Virus record (IMG/VR): IMGVR_UViG_3300029821_000021
Coordinates: 1 to 32,910 of that record
Source: a virus
Direction: 5' to 3' (one strand)
Length of the DNA stretch: 32,910 nucleotides
A model generated the notes under the pieces. The model did no database searches. It had not been told where the DNA came from and was given only the letters and a program-made list of their open reading frames with translations. The first letter of the stretch is position 1, and every line of letters begins with the position of its first letter. Below, piece by piece: positions 24,646-32,791 of the stretch. A program made the position numbers and the translations under genes.

Positions 24646-26025
24646 TTACGCCCGAGCACTATCATATTTGTTAACAAGTTTATTAATAATCGGCATTACA
24701 ATTTTGGGAGGGTTTTGATTATGTTTTGCTCTAGCTTGTACGAGTTTACCATTTTTAATTTCAACAGTAACAAGTGATTCATCTGGAGCGGACTCTAATC
24801 TCAAAAAATAAATATCGCATTCGCCTTCAGCATATTTTTTTGTATAATTGCTAACACAATGATGCATTGTCTTTCCTTCCTCAATTAGTGCTTTTGGTGA
24901 TGGAGCTGGAAAGATAACAAATCCTTTGTATGATAGATTAAACAGTTCTTTAGTCCGCTCTTGAATGCTTTGTTCGTATATCTTTGCTCGTTCAATATCT
25001 TCTTGAGTTTTTTTATTATCAAGTTGTTCTTGAAGTACTTCTTTTGCATCGTACAAATTTTTCGGAAAATCTGGTAAACCAAATTCTAAATTATGATTTC
25101 TATAATCTATAAAATCATTGAGATAGTTTATCTGTCTTAATCCAACTCTAAACTTATATTGAGTTTTGATATATTGATAGAATTTATTCCACTTGCAATA
25201 ATTTAATAATTCTTTGATTTTTGTTCCTGGGTGAAAATATGGAGAATCATTAAACTGTATCATTCCTGTTTGATATTTAATATCGCCAAGAGCTGCAGCT
25301 AACCTAATTCTTTCGGCTGTTGGCTTTTTTAATAATTGTGGATTTTGTTTTAAGAGTTTTTTAATATCAGATGCATAGCACTCATTGACATATAACTCTG
25401 CAAGTCTTTTTCTTCCTGATTTTATCAAAAGTTCAAGAGTATATTCACATTCTCGAGCTTTAATAATGTCTTGTGATACATCTCTTAATTGCCCTGTAAC
25501 ATTCGATTTGACAATATTAGAAGATTGAACACCTGAATAAAAGTACTCCATCAATCTCATTCCAACAATTTTTAGACCATCAAAATTTATGTAAGGAAAC
25601 AAATCTGTTTTATTGATAAACTTCAAAGGAGTGCTGTAAGCAAAATTGTCTTGATGATATCCTTGCATTTGTCTTGGATAACGATAACCATTAACTGTAC
25701 TCTTTCCGTATTGATCTCTAATCAATAGTTGACTGTCACCAAAGGATTTTCCAAAGAAACATCGATAATTCTCAACAAGTTCAGTGATTAATTTTCCATA
25801 AAGAGTATCCCAATATGTTCTAAAGTGATAGATTCTTAATAAATATCCATCGTTAAACTCTTCTAATACTTGGCATGGACCATCAACTTCAACTGGAGTT
25901 GGTATTTCTATGTTTAAGTATTTTAATGATTCAAGTTCACTTAGATATTTAGCTAAAGTCCTTTTACCATTACTTTTTCCTAAATAGTGAAATTCAAGTG
26001 AATTTTTAATTTCTAAGTAATCCAT
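24646..26025 (-). CDS. PcfJ-like protein
   Basis: 459 aa. The C-terminal LIEEGKTMHHCVSNYTKKYAEGECDIYFLRLESAPDESLVTVEIKNGKLVQARAKHNQNP matches the PcfJ-like signature (MxHCV...Y...Q.rg..N). Confidence 0.55.
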   Translation of the reverse strand: MDYLEIKNSLEFHYLGKSNGKRTLAKYLSELESLKYLNIEIPTPVEVDGPCQVLEEFNDGYLLRIYHFRTYWDTLYGKLITELVENYRCFFGKSFGDSQLLIRDQYGKSTVNGYRYPRQMQGYHQDNFAYSTPLKFINKTDLFPYINFDGLKIVGMRLMEYFYSGVQSSNIVKSNVTGQLRDVSQDIIKARECEYTLELLIKSGRKRLAELYVNECYASDIKKLLKQNPQLLKKPTAERIRLAAALGDIKYQTGMIQFNDSPYFHPGTKIKELLNYCKWNKFYQYIKTQYKFRVGLRQINYLNDFIDYRNHNLEFGLPDFPKNLYDAKEVLQEQLDNKKTQEDIERAKIYEQSIQERTKELFNLSYKGFVIFPAPSPKALIEEGKTMHHCVSNYTKKYAEGECDIYFLRLESAPDESLVTVEIKNGKLVQARAKHNQNPPKIVMPIINKLVNKYDSARA

Positions 26026-26033
26026 GCTGCCAC

Positions 26034-26528
26034 CTAGATAAACAAGTCTATTGTTAATTGATCTTGAACTGTCGTTTTATCAGAAATGGTTTTTTTGACT
26101 TTTTTCTCAATATGTTCAACTGTATCTTTGCTCGATGTTACTTCTTTGATTGTTTCACGAATGATGGTACCGGTGATATATTTAACGATTGGAGTATTAA
26201 ATTCTTTGTGTATATCTCCAAATACAAGCGGTTCTTCTTTAAAAATTTCTTCAACAAATTCCGGATTATCTTCTTGAAAGTAATGAATAGCAGCAGAAAA
26301 AATTACGTCATGGCTTGGTGAATAATTTTTGCTTTTTCTAACCCAATCCATTATTTTTGAAAACATATCCGGAATTGATTTGCCTTCTGCCAAAATTTTC
26401 GTAGCAAATTCAGGGTTGTTACTGATTTCTGGAAGAAGACAATTATTGATAATAATCTTCTCCAAGTCTTTCGATGAATCAAATTGTTCTTTCAATGATT
26501 CTCTAGCTTTAATGATTAAGTCTTCCAT
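26034..26528 (-). CDS. PcfK-like protein
   Basis: 164 aa. KSIPDMFSKIMDWVRKSKNYSPSHDVIFSAAIHYFQEDNPEF resembles the PcfK-like core (...AIHYYDEDN...). It lies directly upstream of the PcfJ-like gene, as in conjugative elements. Confidence 0.5.
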   Translation of the reverse strand: MEDLIIKARESLKEQFDSSKDLEKIIINNCLLPEISNNPEFATKILAEGKSIPDMFSKIMDWVRKSKNYSPSHDVIFSAAIHYFQEDNPEFVEEIFKEEPLVFGDIHKEFNTPIVKYITGTIIRETIKEVTSSKDTVEHIEKKVKKTISDKTTVQDQLTIDLFI

Positions 26529-26550
26529 TTTCCTTTTTCCTCCTATTTTT

Positions 26551-26763
26551 TTAGGCTTCTAAAAGCCTTTCTAAACGATTTTTAACTTCTTTCTTGGTAT
26601 TGTTGCCACTAACACCTAATAAATCGATACATGAACGAATTTCATTGATAGAAACCACATCTATACCGATGCACATACAACATGGATTGTCTTGTCTGTC
26701 ACAAACCTTCTCAATTTTCCTTGTGAACGGATTTATGCAAATCCTAAACTTGACTTTATCCAT
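26551..26763 (-). CDS. Small Cys-containing hypothetical protein
   Basis: 70-aa ORF. Confidence 0.6.
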   Translation of the reverse strand: MDKVKFRICINPFTRKIEKVCDRQDNPCCMCIGIDVVSINEIRSCIDLLGVSGNNTKKEVKNRLERLLEA

Positions 26764-26764
26764 A

Positions 26765-27346
26765 TCAACTTACTTCTTTTTGAAGTTCATCAATTTCTTT
26801 GTTAAGAGTTTCAATATCGTTATCAAACGCTTTTGTGACAATATCTAACTGCTCTTTGACGTATGAACTCCAATTCTTTTTTCTATCAGTATTGAAATCA
26901 TAATAATACTGTTTGTTTAACTCACGTTTCCGCTTACAAATTGCGGCTTTTTTAAATGATTCTTTACCTTTAATTTGCAGCTTCTTTTCTCTTATCTTTG
27001 ATTCGTTTTCATCTTGAGCATATCCATGACCGGTAAAAACTGTATGAGTAGTTGTGCTAAATGCTAAAGCTTCTAAATCATCAGATAGTTTTCTCCGGCA
27101 AGACATATTAACAAAGTCTCTTTCTGGATGATCATGTAGTTCATCAAAGTAATTGTAAATATAATCCATATCAGATAAGATTTCTTTGTGAGTTGGTTCT
27201 CTTCCAGTTGATTTACAAAATCTCTTTAGATACTTATGAAGTTCAATTTGGTCATTACTTAAATCCGTAATAAACTCAACTCTTGTATCTACAGGTTTTT
27301 GTTCTTCGTATTCAGGTGCATTCATTACGGTCCATAAATTATCCAT
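26765..27346 (-). CDS. Hypothetical protein
   Basis: 193-aa ORF. Confidence 0.7.
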   Translation of the reverse strand: MDNLWTVMNAPEYEEQKPVDTRVEFITDLSNDQIELHKYLKRFCKSTGREPTHKEILSDMDYIYNYFDELHDHPERDFVNMSCRRKLSDDLEALAFSTTTHTVFTGHGYAQDENESKIREKKLQIKGKESFKKAAICKRKRELNKQYYYDFNTDRKKNWSSYVKEQLDIVTKAFDNDIETLNKEIDELQKEVS

Positions 27347-27355
27347 GTTGACCTC

Positions 27356-27556
27356 CTACATTATTCCAACTGGTACTTCATGTTCTTTGCCTTTATACAT
27401 GACAAGAGCCTTTTCACCAGTTTGTCTAACTTCGTGTTTATATTCTTCAAATTGTGATTTTGTTAATCCTACAGATAATGGCATTTTTTTATGCATTCGA
27501 ATATATCGTAAGCATTCATCAGTGACTTTCTTAGTCACGGTCTTGATATCACTCAT
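27356..27556 (-). CDS. Small hypothetical protein
   Basis: The start is revised to ATG 27556, which forms an ATGA overlap with the upstream stop. 66 aa. Confidence 0.6.
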   Translation of the reverse strand: MSDIKTVTKKVTDECLRYIRMHKKMPLSVGLTKSQFEEYKHEVRQTGEKALVMYKGKEHEVPVGIM

Positions 27557-27765
27557 AATTTCCCCGCAAGACACAATAAAATGTCTTTCTCATCAATTTT
27601 GATAGTATTTGTTTTTTGACATTGTTCCGGAATTTCTTCACAAACAATCAAATCAGGAACTCTGCCATAGACTGTTTTGTAATCAATAACAAGATTAATA
27701 ATTGCGTCGTATGGATCTTCTTTGGGAGGTTGAACAAATCTTCCTCCAGTCATTGTTCTTATCAT
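27553..27765 (-). CDS. Small hypothetical protein
   Basis: 70 aa with ATGA coupling at both ends. Confidence 0.6.
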   Translation of the reverse strand: MIRTMTGGRFVQPPKEDPYDAIINLVIDYKTVYGRVPDLIVCEEIPEQCQKTNTIKIDEKDILLCLAGKL

Positions 27766-28238
27766 GATAGTAACCCAGCTGATTTTTGCTGAAGAGATAT
27801 CTTGATATACTCAGCTTTTAATCTTTCATCGTATTTTAAATAGTCTTTTTTAAACCATTCCGGAATTCTTTCTTTTGGATAGTCGATGCTGCAATACATT
27901 TTTGCTCTTCGTATTCGATTTTTTTTATTAAATGCAGCAATCTCTTCATCAGTTCCTTTTGGATCATCAAAGTATTTATCATAATCCATCATTCGAATAA
28001 CTTCGGCTTGATGTTCTAAAACCGCATAATCATATCCAAATATTAATTCTGGAATTGATGGAGGAAATTTATTACCTTTTTTTATCCAATTTTTTAGAGC
28101 TTGCATCGTTCCATGATATTCTTCATCTTTAAGTTGGTCGTACCAAACTAGATCAGAATCACCATCTGAATCATTCTTCATCATTGGATAAATAGCTTCG
28201 CAGTATTTTTTAATTGAAATTACTTGAACTTCTGTCAT
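27762..28238 (-). CDS. G39P-like replicative helicase loader/inhibitor family protein
   Basis: 158 aa. YCEAIYPMM...WYDQLKDEEYHGTMQALKNWIKKGNKFPPSIPELI resembles the SPP1 G39P N-terminal domain. It is coupled to the replisome organizer gene. Confidence 0.5.
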   Translation of the reverse strand: MTEVQVISIKKYCEAIYPMMKNDSDGDSDLVWYDQLKDEEYHGTMQALKNWIKKGNKFPPSIPELIFGYDYAVLEHQAEVIRMMDYDKYFDDPKGTDEEIAAFNKKNRIRRAKMYCSIDYPKERIPEWFKKDYLKYDERLKAEYIKISLQQKSAGLLS

Positions 28239-29074
28239 GATATACTTCCTGTCCTTTCTCTTAATTTTTGAGAACGCTTATCGACATCGGTTGTAAAAGT
28301 TTCTTTTTCACCATCAAGATAATTTCCTTCAAGAACCTTTGGAAAATTCTTAGGTTTAAAACACCAATCAAACGTAGCCATAAAACCTCTTGAATTATCA
28401 CCTCTAAGAAATGATGATCTACCAACGTTATCAATCATTTTATAGATAGCATTAATTCCAAACTCTTTAACCCGGGCATTAACATTCGGTTTTCGTTGAT
28501 CAGTAATTTTTGTGATTTCTTTTAAAAACGAATGTGTATTCCAATAATCAGTAATAGATTCAAAATCAATTTTTTGTGATTTAGTAATTTCAGGGTTTGT
28601 TTCAACAAACAAAGAAGATTTATCTTCTAATTCTTCTATACTAATCTTATCTATACTAATCTTATCTATACTAATCTTATCTAAGCCGACATTTGGTTGA
28701 CAATTGGTTGACATTTGGTTGACAACATTGTTTTTTAATGTATAACTGCCATTTTCTTTTATAAAAATTTGTTGTCTTTCTTCAGTATGTGATGTTGGAG
28801 TTATGCGGTCTTTTCTCATTGTGTTATGTATCAACCAATGTTTAATTACTAGTACCCCGGTTTCAAAAATAATGATAAAATTCTTTGCCATGAGAATCTT
28901 TAAATCATCTTCAGCTGCTTTTACAATTCTCATTATTTTTTTATAATTATTTGAAAAGCCTTCATCATCTGCTCTAGCTAGTAAATGAAAATAAAGGTTT
29001 TGTGCAGACGATGGCATATCTAGAAATGCATCACTATCAACGATTTGCATTGACATCATTCTTCTTTTTGCCAT
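28235..29074 (-). CDS. Phage replisome organizer / DnaD-like replication initiation protein
   Basis: 279 aa. N-terminal region SMQIVDSDAFLDMPSSAQNLYFHLLARADDEGF...VIKHWLIHNTMRKDR. C-terminal region FDWCFKPKNFPKVLEGNY is typical of the replisome-organizer C-terminal domain. Iterons lie inside the gene. Confidence 0.7.
   Translation of the reverse strand: MAKRRMMSMQIVDSDAFLDMPSSAQNLYFHLLARADDEGFSNNYKKIMRIVKAAEDDLKILMAKNFIIIFETGVLVIKHWLIHNTMRKDRITPTSHTEERQQIFIKENGSYTLKNNVVNQMSTNCQPNVGLDKISIDKISIDKISIEELEDKSSLFVETNPEITKSQKIDFESITDYWNTHSFLKEITKITDQRKPNVNARVKEFGINAIYKMIDNVGRSSFLRGDNSRGFMATFDWCFKPKNFPKVLEGNYLDGEKETFTTDVDKRSQKLRERTGSIS
28637..28683. repeat. Tandem repeat, 3 x 15 bp (TATACTAATCTTATC), inside the replisome organizer gene
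   Basis: Three exact units at 28637, 28652 and 28667. They encode DKISIDKISIDKISI. Confidence 0.95.
28688..28725. repeat. Tandem iterons, 3.5 x 11 bp (GACAWTTGGTT); candidate replication origin
   Basis: Units at 28688, 28699 and 28710 plus a partial unit at 28721. The period is one helical turn. They lie immediately next to the 15-bp repeats. Confidence 0.6.
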
Positions 29075-29075
29075 A

Positions 29076-29654
29076 TTACTTTACCTCCAGTACTTTCCTA
29101 GTAAAATATGACTTAGCCTCATCATTCAATTGTTCGATAGGCAACGTCGCTTTTTTCATAAGGTCTTGAATAATTAATTCCATATCCAGATTTCTAAAGA
29201 TGTGAATTCCATAAGTAATTGGTTTCTTCATGTTGTGACCATTCATGTCAATATGTGCTTTTGCGCTTGATTCGGTTAAAAACATTTGTTCACCTTTTCG
29301 AACGTATTCACGATTGAATGTATACAGACGTGCATCTAAATCAATATATCTTCTATAAAATTGGAGCAAATCTTCAGCGCAAGAAATGTCGTTGAATATT
29401 TCTTCTATTTCATCAATTGCATATTCATCATCAACAGAAAGATCCTTTAATTCATGTAATAATTCAGTGGGTTTTAAACTATCGTAGTAATACATTTCGG
29501 CTGCATTCGGTGAATAAATACCGATAACCTCTCCATCTTCAGAACTTACCAACTCTTCCTCGATAACGAGCAATGCATATGGAAATGCAGTTCCCCTATT
29601 ATTTTGTGATACATATTCATTTGCCACTTCTTCAATAGTTTTGTTTGCTTTCAT
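29076..29654 (-). CDS. Hypothetical protein
   Basis: 192 aa with SD AGGAGG. Confidence 0.75.
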   Translation of the reverse strand: MKANKTIEEVANEYVSQNNRGTAFPYALLVIEEELVSSEDGEVIGIYSPNAAEMYYYDSLKPTELLHELKDLSVDDEYAIDEIEEIFNDISCAEDLLQFYRRYIDLDARLYTFNREYVRKGEQMFLTESSAKAHIDMNGHNMKKPITYGIHIFRNLDMELIIQDLMKKATLPIEQLNDEAKSYFTRKVLEVK

Positions 29655-29663
29655 ACTATCCTC

Positions 29664-30491
29664 CTATAATTGCTCCATTTTTCTTCTTTTTTCTTCGTTT
29701 GTGGTCCTTGTATAGATTCTCGTTGTCTCAATCGATGAGTGACCAAGAATATCTGCTAGTTCAGAGATGCTATTCGAATAATTTTGTAAATATAATTTGG
29801 CAAAATAATGTCTGAAGATATGAGGATAAACTTTATCTTTATTGATTTTAGCTAGCCCAGCAACCTTTTTCATGTGTCTCCATATAGTTGAATAACTGTA
29901 TGTAAATATTGGTCCTGATTCCAAGCGTTTTGACTTGCAATAATGTAAAAGTTCATTCCTAGTCTTGTTTGTTATGATAATCATTCGATTTTTGCCCTTT
30001 GAGCGAATCGGAATGAATGTGTCCTTATATCTAGTCTCATATATCGCTTCCGCTGTCACAAAGCGAATTTCGCTTATTCTACAGCCTGATGATTTTATTA
30101 CTTTCATTATCATTAGAAGCTGTATATCACCAGATGATTCTGCATATTTCATTAATCTTCGATATTCCTGATCGTTGATAATGTCACCAAACGAATACTC
30201 TTCTTGAATCTTTAACATTTTCAAAACAAGTTCATCTACTTTTGCATATTTTAAAAACTTGTTTAGTGATATTAAATATGAGTTGACTGATTTTGCTTTA
30301 TACTTATCCATGAGCATTGATTTATATTCAATAGCATCGTTTTTATCAATGTCGTGGTTATGATCCAGGAAGTCAATAAACCTTTTTGCATCGACAATGT
30401 ATTTTTTTATGGTCCTGGGAGCAAATTCATCAAACTCTAATTCTTGTTTGTAATAATCAATTAGATTAGATAATTCTTGTTTATTCATCAT
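29664..30491 (-). CDS. Second tyrosine recombinase (small XerC/XerD-like), in the early lytic operon
   Basis: 275 aa. Catalytic signature residues are present: SGCRISEIR, PHIFRHYFAK, LGHSSIETTRIYTRT. Its ATG overlaps the Cro-like stop (ATGA). Confidence 0.8.
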   Translation of the reverse strand: MMNKQELSNLIDYYKQELEFDEFAPRTIKKYIVDAKRFIDFLDHNHDIDKNDAIEYKSMLMDKYKAKSVNSYLISLNKFLKYAKVDELVLKMLKIQEEYSFGDIINDQEYRRLMKYAESSGDIQLLMIMKVIKSSGCRISEIRFVTAEAIYETRYKDTFIPIRSKGKNRMIIITNKTRNELLHYCKSKRLESGPIFTYSYSTIWRHMKKVAGLAKINKDKVYPHIFRHYFAKLYLQNYSNSISELADILGHSSIETTRIYTRTTNEEKRRKMEQL

Positions 30492-30763
30492 TTCTCCAGG
30501 TGTCTTAAATTTACATTTTGATCTGATATTGTATCTGATTTAGACACCTCATCTGCATAAAAAAAATTAGGATTTTTTCCAAAAATAGAACAGATAATTC
30601 CTAATTCATTTACATCAAACGGAAAAGCACCAGACTCTTTTCTGCTCAATGTTCTAACCGTCATCTTTGTTCCTCTATTTGCAAGGATATTACAAAGTTG
30701 GTTTTGAGTCATTTTATTATTATTACGTCTTAATTCCCCAATTACGTTATGGTTAAATCTCAT
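30488..30763 (-). CDS. Cro-like XRE-family HTH regulator
   Basis: 91 aa with HTH MTQNQLCNILANRGTKMTVRTLSRKESG. It is divergent from the CI-like gene. SD GAAGGAG. Confidence 0.75.
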   Translation of the reverse strand: MRFNHNVIGELRRNNNKMTQNQLCNILANRGTKMTVRTLSRKESGAFPFDVNELGIICSIFGKNPNFFYADEVSKSDTISDQNVNLRHLEK

Positions 30764-30797
30764 TTTTTGTCTCCTTCTCTATATATTTGTTTCTTAT

Positions 30798-30899
30798 AAA
30801 GACACTTTAACACACAAAAATGTCTATGTCAAGACAAATGTGTCTTTTTTTGATACTTATTTTTTTATATTTGTTTATTTTGTGTCTTAACATTATAAT
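30798..30899. promoter_or_regulatory. Genetic switch: divergent promoters interleaved with AAGACA/TGTCTT operator half-sites
   Basis: Minus-strand promoter: TTGACA (30827..30832), 17 nt, TGT-TAAAGT (30804..30812). Plus-strand promoter: TTGTTT (30871..30876), 17 nt, TATAAT (30894..30899). Half-sites: AAAGACAC 30798..30805, TGTCT 30821..30825, palindrome AAGACA-AATG-TGTCTT 30831..30846, TGTGTCTT 30881..30888. Confidence 0.6.
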
Positions 30900-30919
30900 T
30901 AATATATAGAAGGTAGACG

Positions 30920-31321
30920 GTGTTTATTATGATAAGGAGCTTAAGAGATATTAGAACCAGTAATAAAATGACTCTTGAAGATGTTGCTCATAAATTAAAT
31001 ACTACTAAATCAACCATGTCAAAAATAGAACGTGGTGCACAAAATTTATATATCGATCAGGCAATTTTGCTTGCAGATATATATAATGTTTCACTTGACG
31101 AATTGGTTGGTAGAAAATTTAATACTAAATCTATAGAATCTGAAATATCTAAAAATTTTTCTATTGATGATGTTAGACATAAGCTATCTTCATATTCGAC
31201 AAAAGATCTATATAAACTAAATGGAGCAATTGATTCTATACTCGACATTAGAGAGTTAGATATTGGTAAAAACGCTAATTATTTAAATGATAACAAACCG
31301 ATAAAGGACAATCTTAATTAG
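30920..31321 (+). CDS. CI-like XRE-family HTH repressor (no S24 peptidase domain)
   Basis: HTH MTLEDVAHKLNTTKSTMSKIERGAQNLYIDQAILLADIYNVSLDELVG. The start is uncertain between GTG 30920, ATG 30929 and ATG 30968. Confidence 0.75.
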   Translation: MFIMIRSLRDIRTSNKMTLEDVAHKLNTTKSTMSKIERGAQNLYIDQAILLADIYNVSLDELVGRKFNTKSIESEISKNFSIDDVRHKLSSYSTKDLYKLNGAIDSILDIRELDIGKNANYLNDNKPIKDNLN

Positions 31322-31447
31322 TAACAAATTCTAAATATAGTGACTTGCTGTTGGTACGGATAAGGTATATAAATCAAACTTCATAAAAACTAAATGTATC
31401 CTGTCATGTCATTCACCTCATAAACTACATGAAAGCGAGATACAATT

Positions 31448-32758
31448 GTGAAACGAGTGCTTAAACTGATCAACAAGATCAAGGAAGAACTTGATCAGGT
31501 TGAATCATACGTTAAAGGAAGAACTGAAGCTGCTGAGATCTTGGAGAGTGATTCTAAGAAGGATGCAGCTTTTTATTATGATTTTGATAAAAATATGTAC
31601 ATTATCAATGATGAAAGTTACTCTGATGACCTAATTGATAAAATTATGAACGGAGATGTCAAGGAGGGTGTTTTCGCTGAAGATGCGGCATTATGGAAGG
31701 AGGAAGAATCTTTGCCTGCATTAAAAGAAGGAAGCATCACCAAAAGAAAAGATGGTCGATGGCAAGGGCGTTATTACGACTCTGGAAATCGTAAGTGCCT
31801 ATATGCATCAACCAAGAAGGATATTATTATTGAATTAAATAAAGCTGTAGATGAGAGAAACAAACGAGATAGTGAATCCGTTATTACTAAATCTATTACA
31901 TTGAATAAATGGATTCAGGAATTCATGAAGCTATATAAGAGCGAATTAAAGGAAGCTTCCATAAAAGATTATGAATCAAGCTTAATTCGAAAGACAATGG
32001 AACATCCAATTGGTAATAAACCTGTATCAAAAATCACGCCAATGGACCTAGATCGCTTTTTTATGTCAATTGAAGCTCCTAACATGCGGCACCGCACATA
32101 TGTGCTCATGAATGGCTGTTTTTCAAAACTGCAGCAAACAAAAATTATTAAAGAGAATCCATTTGATTTTACTGATCCAATTAAAAAACCTAGAACAAAA
32201 GAAAAAGAAATTCCTACCACAGCCGAACTAGACCAATTTTTTAAGTATTTAAGAACAGAAGATTACAATTTATACCTTTTTGCTAGATTTATTTCTGTTA
32301 CCGGATTGCGTGGAGGTGAAGCGTTAGCACTTGAATGGAGTGATATTAATGACAAAATTAATATTAACAAATCATTCAACACTTCTTCAGGAACAATATC
32401 AACGCCTAAATCGTACGCTTCAATACGTATGATTCCTCTATTTCCGGAAGCAAAACAAGTACTTAGTGAGATACAACATGAACATCAAAGAATATTTGGT
32501 TCTATTTCAAGATGGCAATCAGCTAGAAGAGTATCTGAGATTGCATCAAAATATGGACTTACGAAGTTCACGTTACATACATTAAGGCACTATTTTGCTA
32601 CTCAATGCTTGAATGCTGGAATAGCCGAAAAAGTTACAACTGCATGGCTTGGACATCATGATTCTAAGGTCGCAAAAGACATTTATCAACACATTAAACC
32701 CGATTTTGAGAACGAGCAAATCGAAAAATTGACCAAATATAGGTCTCAAAAGAAATAA
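31448..32758 (+). CDS. int: Tyrosine integrase (phage integrase family) with an unusually long N-terminal extension
   Basis: Arm-binding-like SITKRKDGRWQGRYY, a SAM-like core-binding domain, and catalytic TGLRGGEALAL, HTLRHYFAT, LGHHDSKVAKDIYQH. It lies adjacent to the att repeat. The GTG start at 31448 is uncertain. Confidence 0.9.
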   Translation: MKRVLKLINKIKEELDQVESYVKGRTEAAEILESDSKKDAAFYYDFDKNMYIINDESYSDDLIDKIMNGDVKEGVFAEDAALWKEEESLPALKEGSITKRKDGRWQGRYYDSGNRKCLYASTKKDIIIELNKAVDERNKRDSESVITKSITLNKWIQEFMKLYKSELKEASIKDYESSLIRKTMEHPIGNKPVSKITPMDLDRFFMSIEAPNMRHRTYVLMNGCFSKLQQTKIIKENPFDFTDPIKKPRTKEKEIPTTAELDQFFKYLRTEDYNLYLFARFISVTGLRGGEALALEWSDINDKININKSFNTSSGTISTPKSYASIRMIPLFPEAKQVLSEIQHEHQRIFGSISRWQSARRVSEIASKYGLTKFTLHTLRHYFATQCLNAGIAEKVTTAWLGHHDSKVAKDIYQHIKPDFENEQIEKLTKYRSQKK

Positions 32759-32759
32759 T

Positions 32760-32791
32760 TTTGACACCCATTTTGACACCCATTTGCAACC
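32760..32791 (+). repeat. Two direct copies of TTTGACACCC plus a degenerate third copy TTTGCAACC (11-12 bp spacing); candidate integrase arm-type sites (P side)
   Basis: Copies lie at 32760..32769, 32772..32781 and 32783..32791, starting 2 nt after the integrase stop codon. They have the same orientation as the copies at 183..203. Confidence 0.55.

Noticed and set aside
28637-28725. Possible CRISPR-like array
   Set aside because: The repeats are directly tandem without spacers. The units are only 15 and 11 bp, and they lie inside a coding region.
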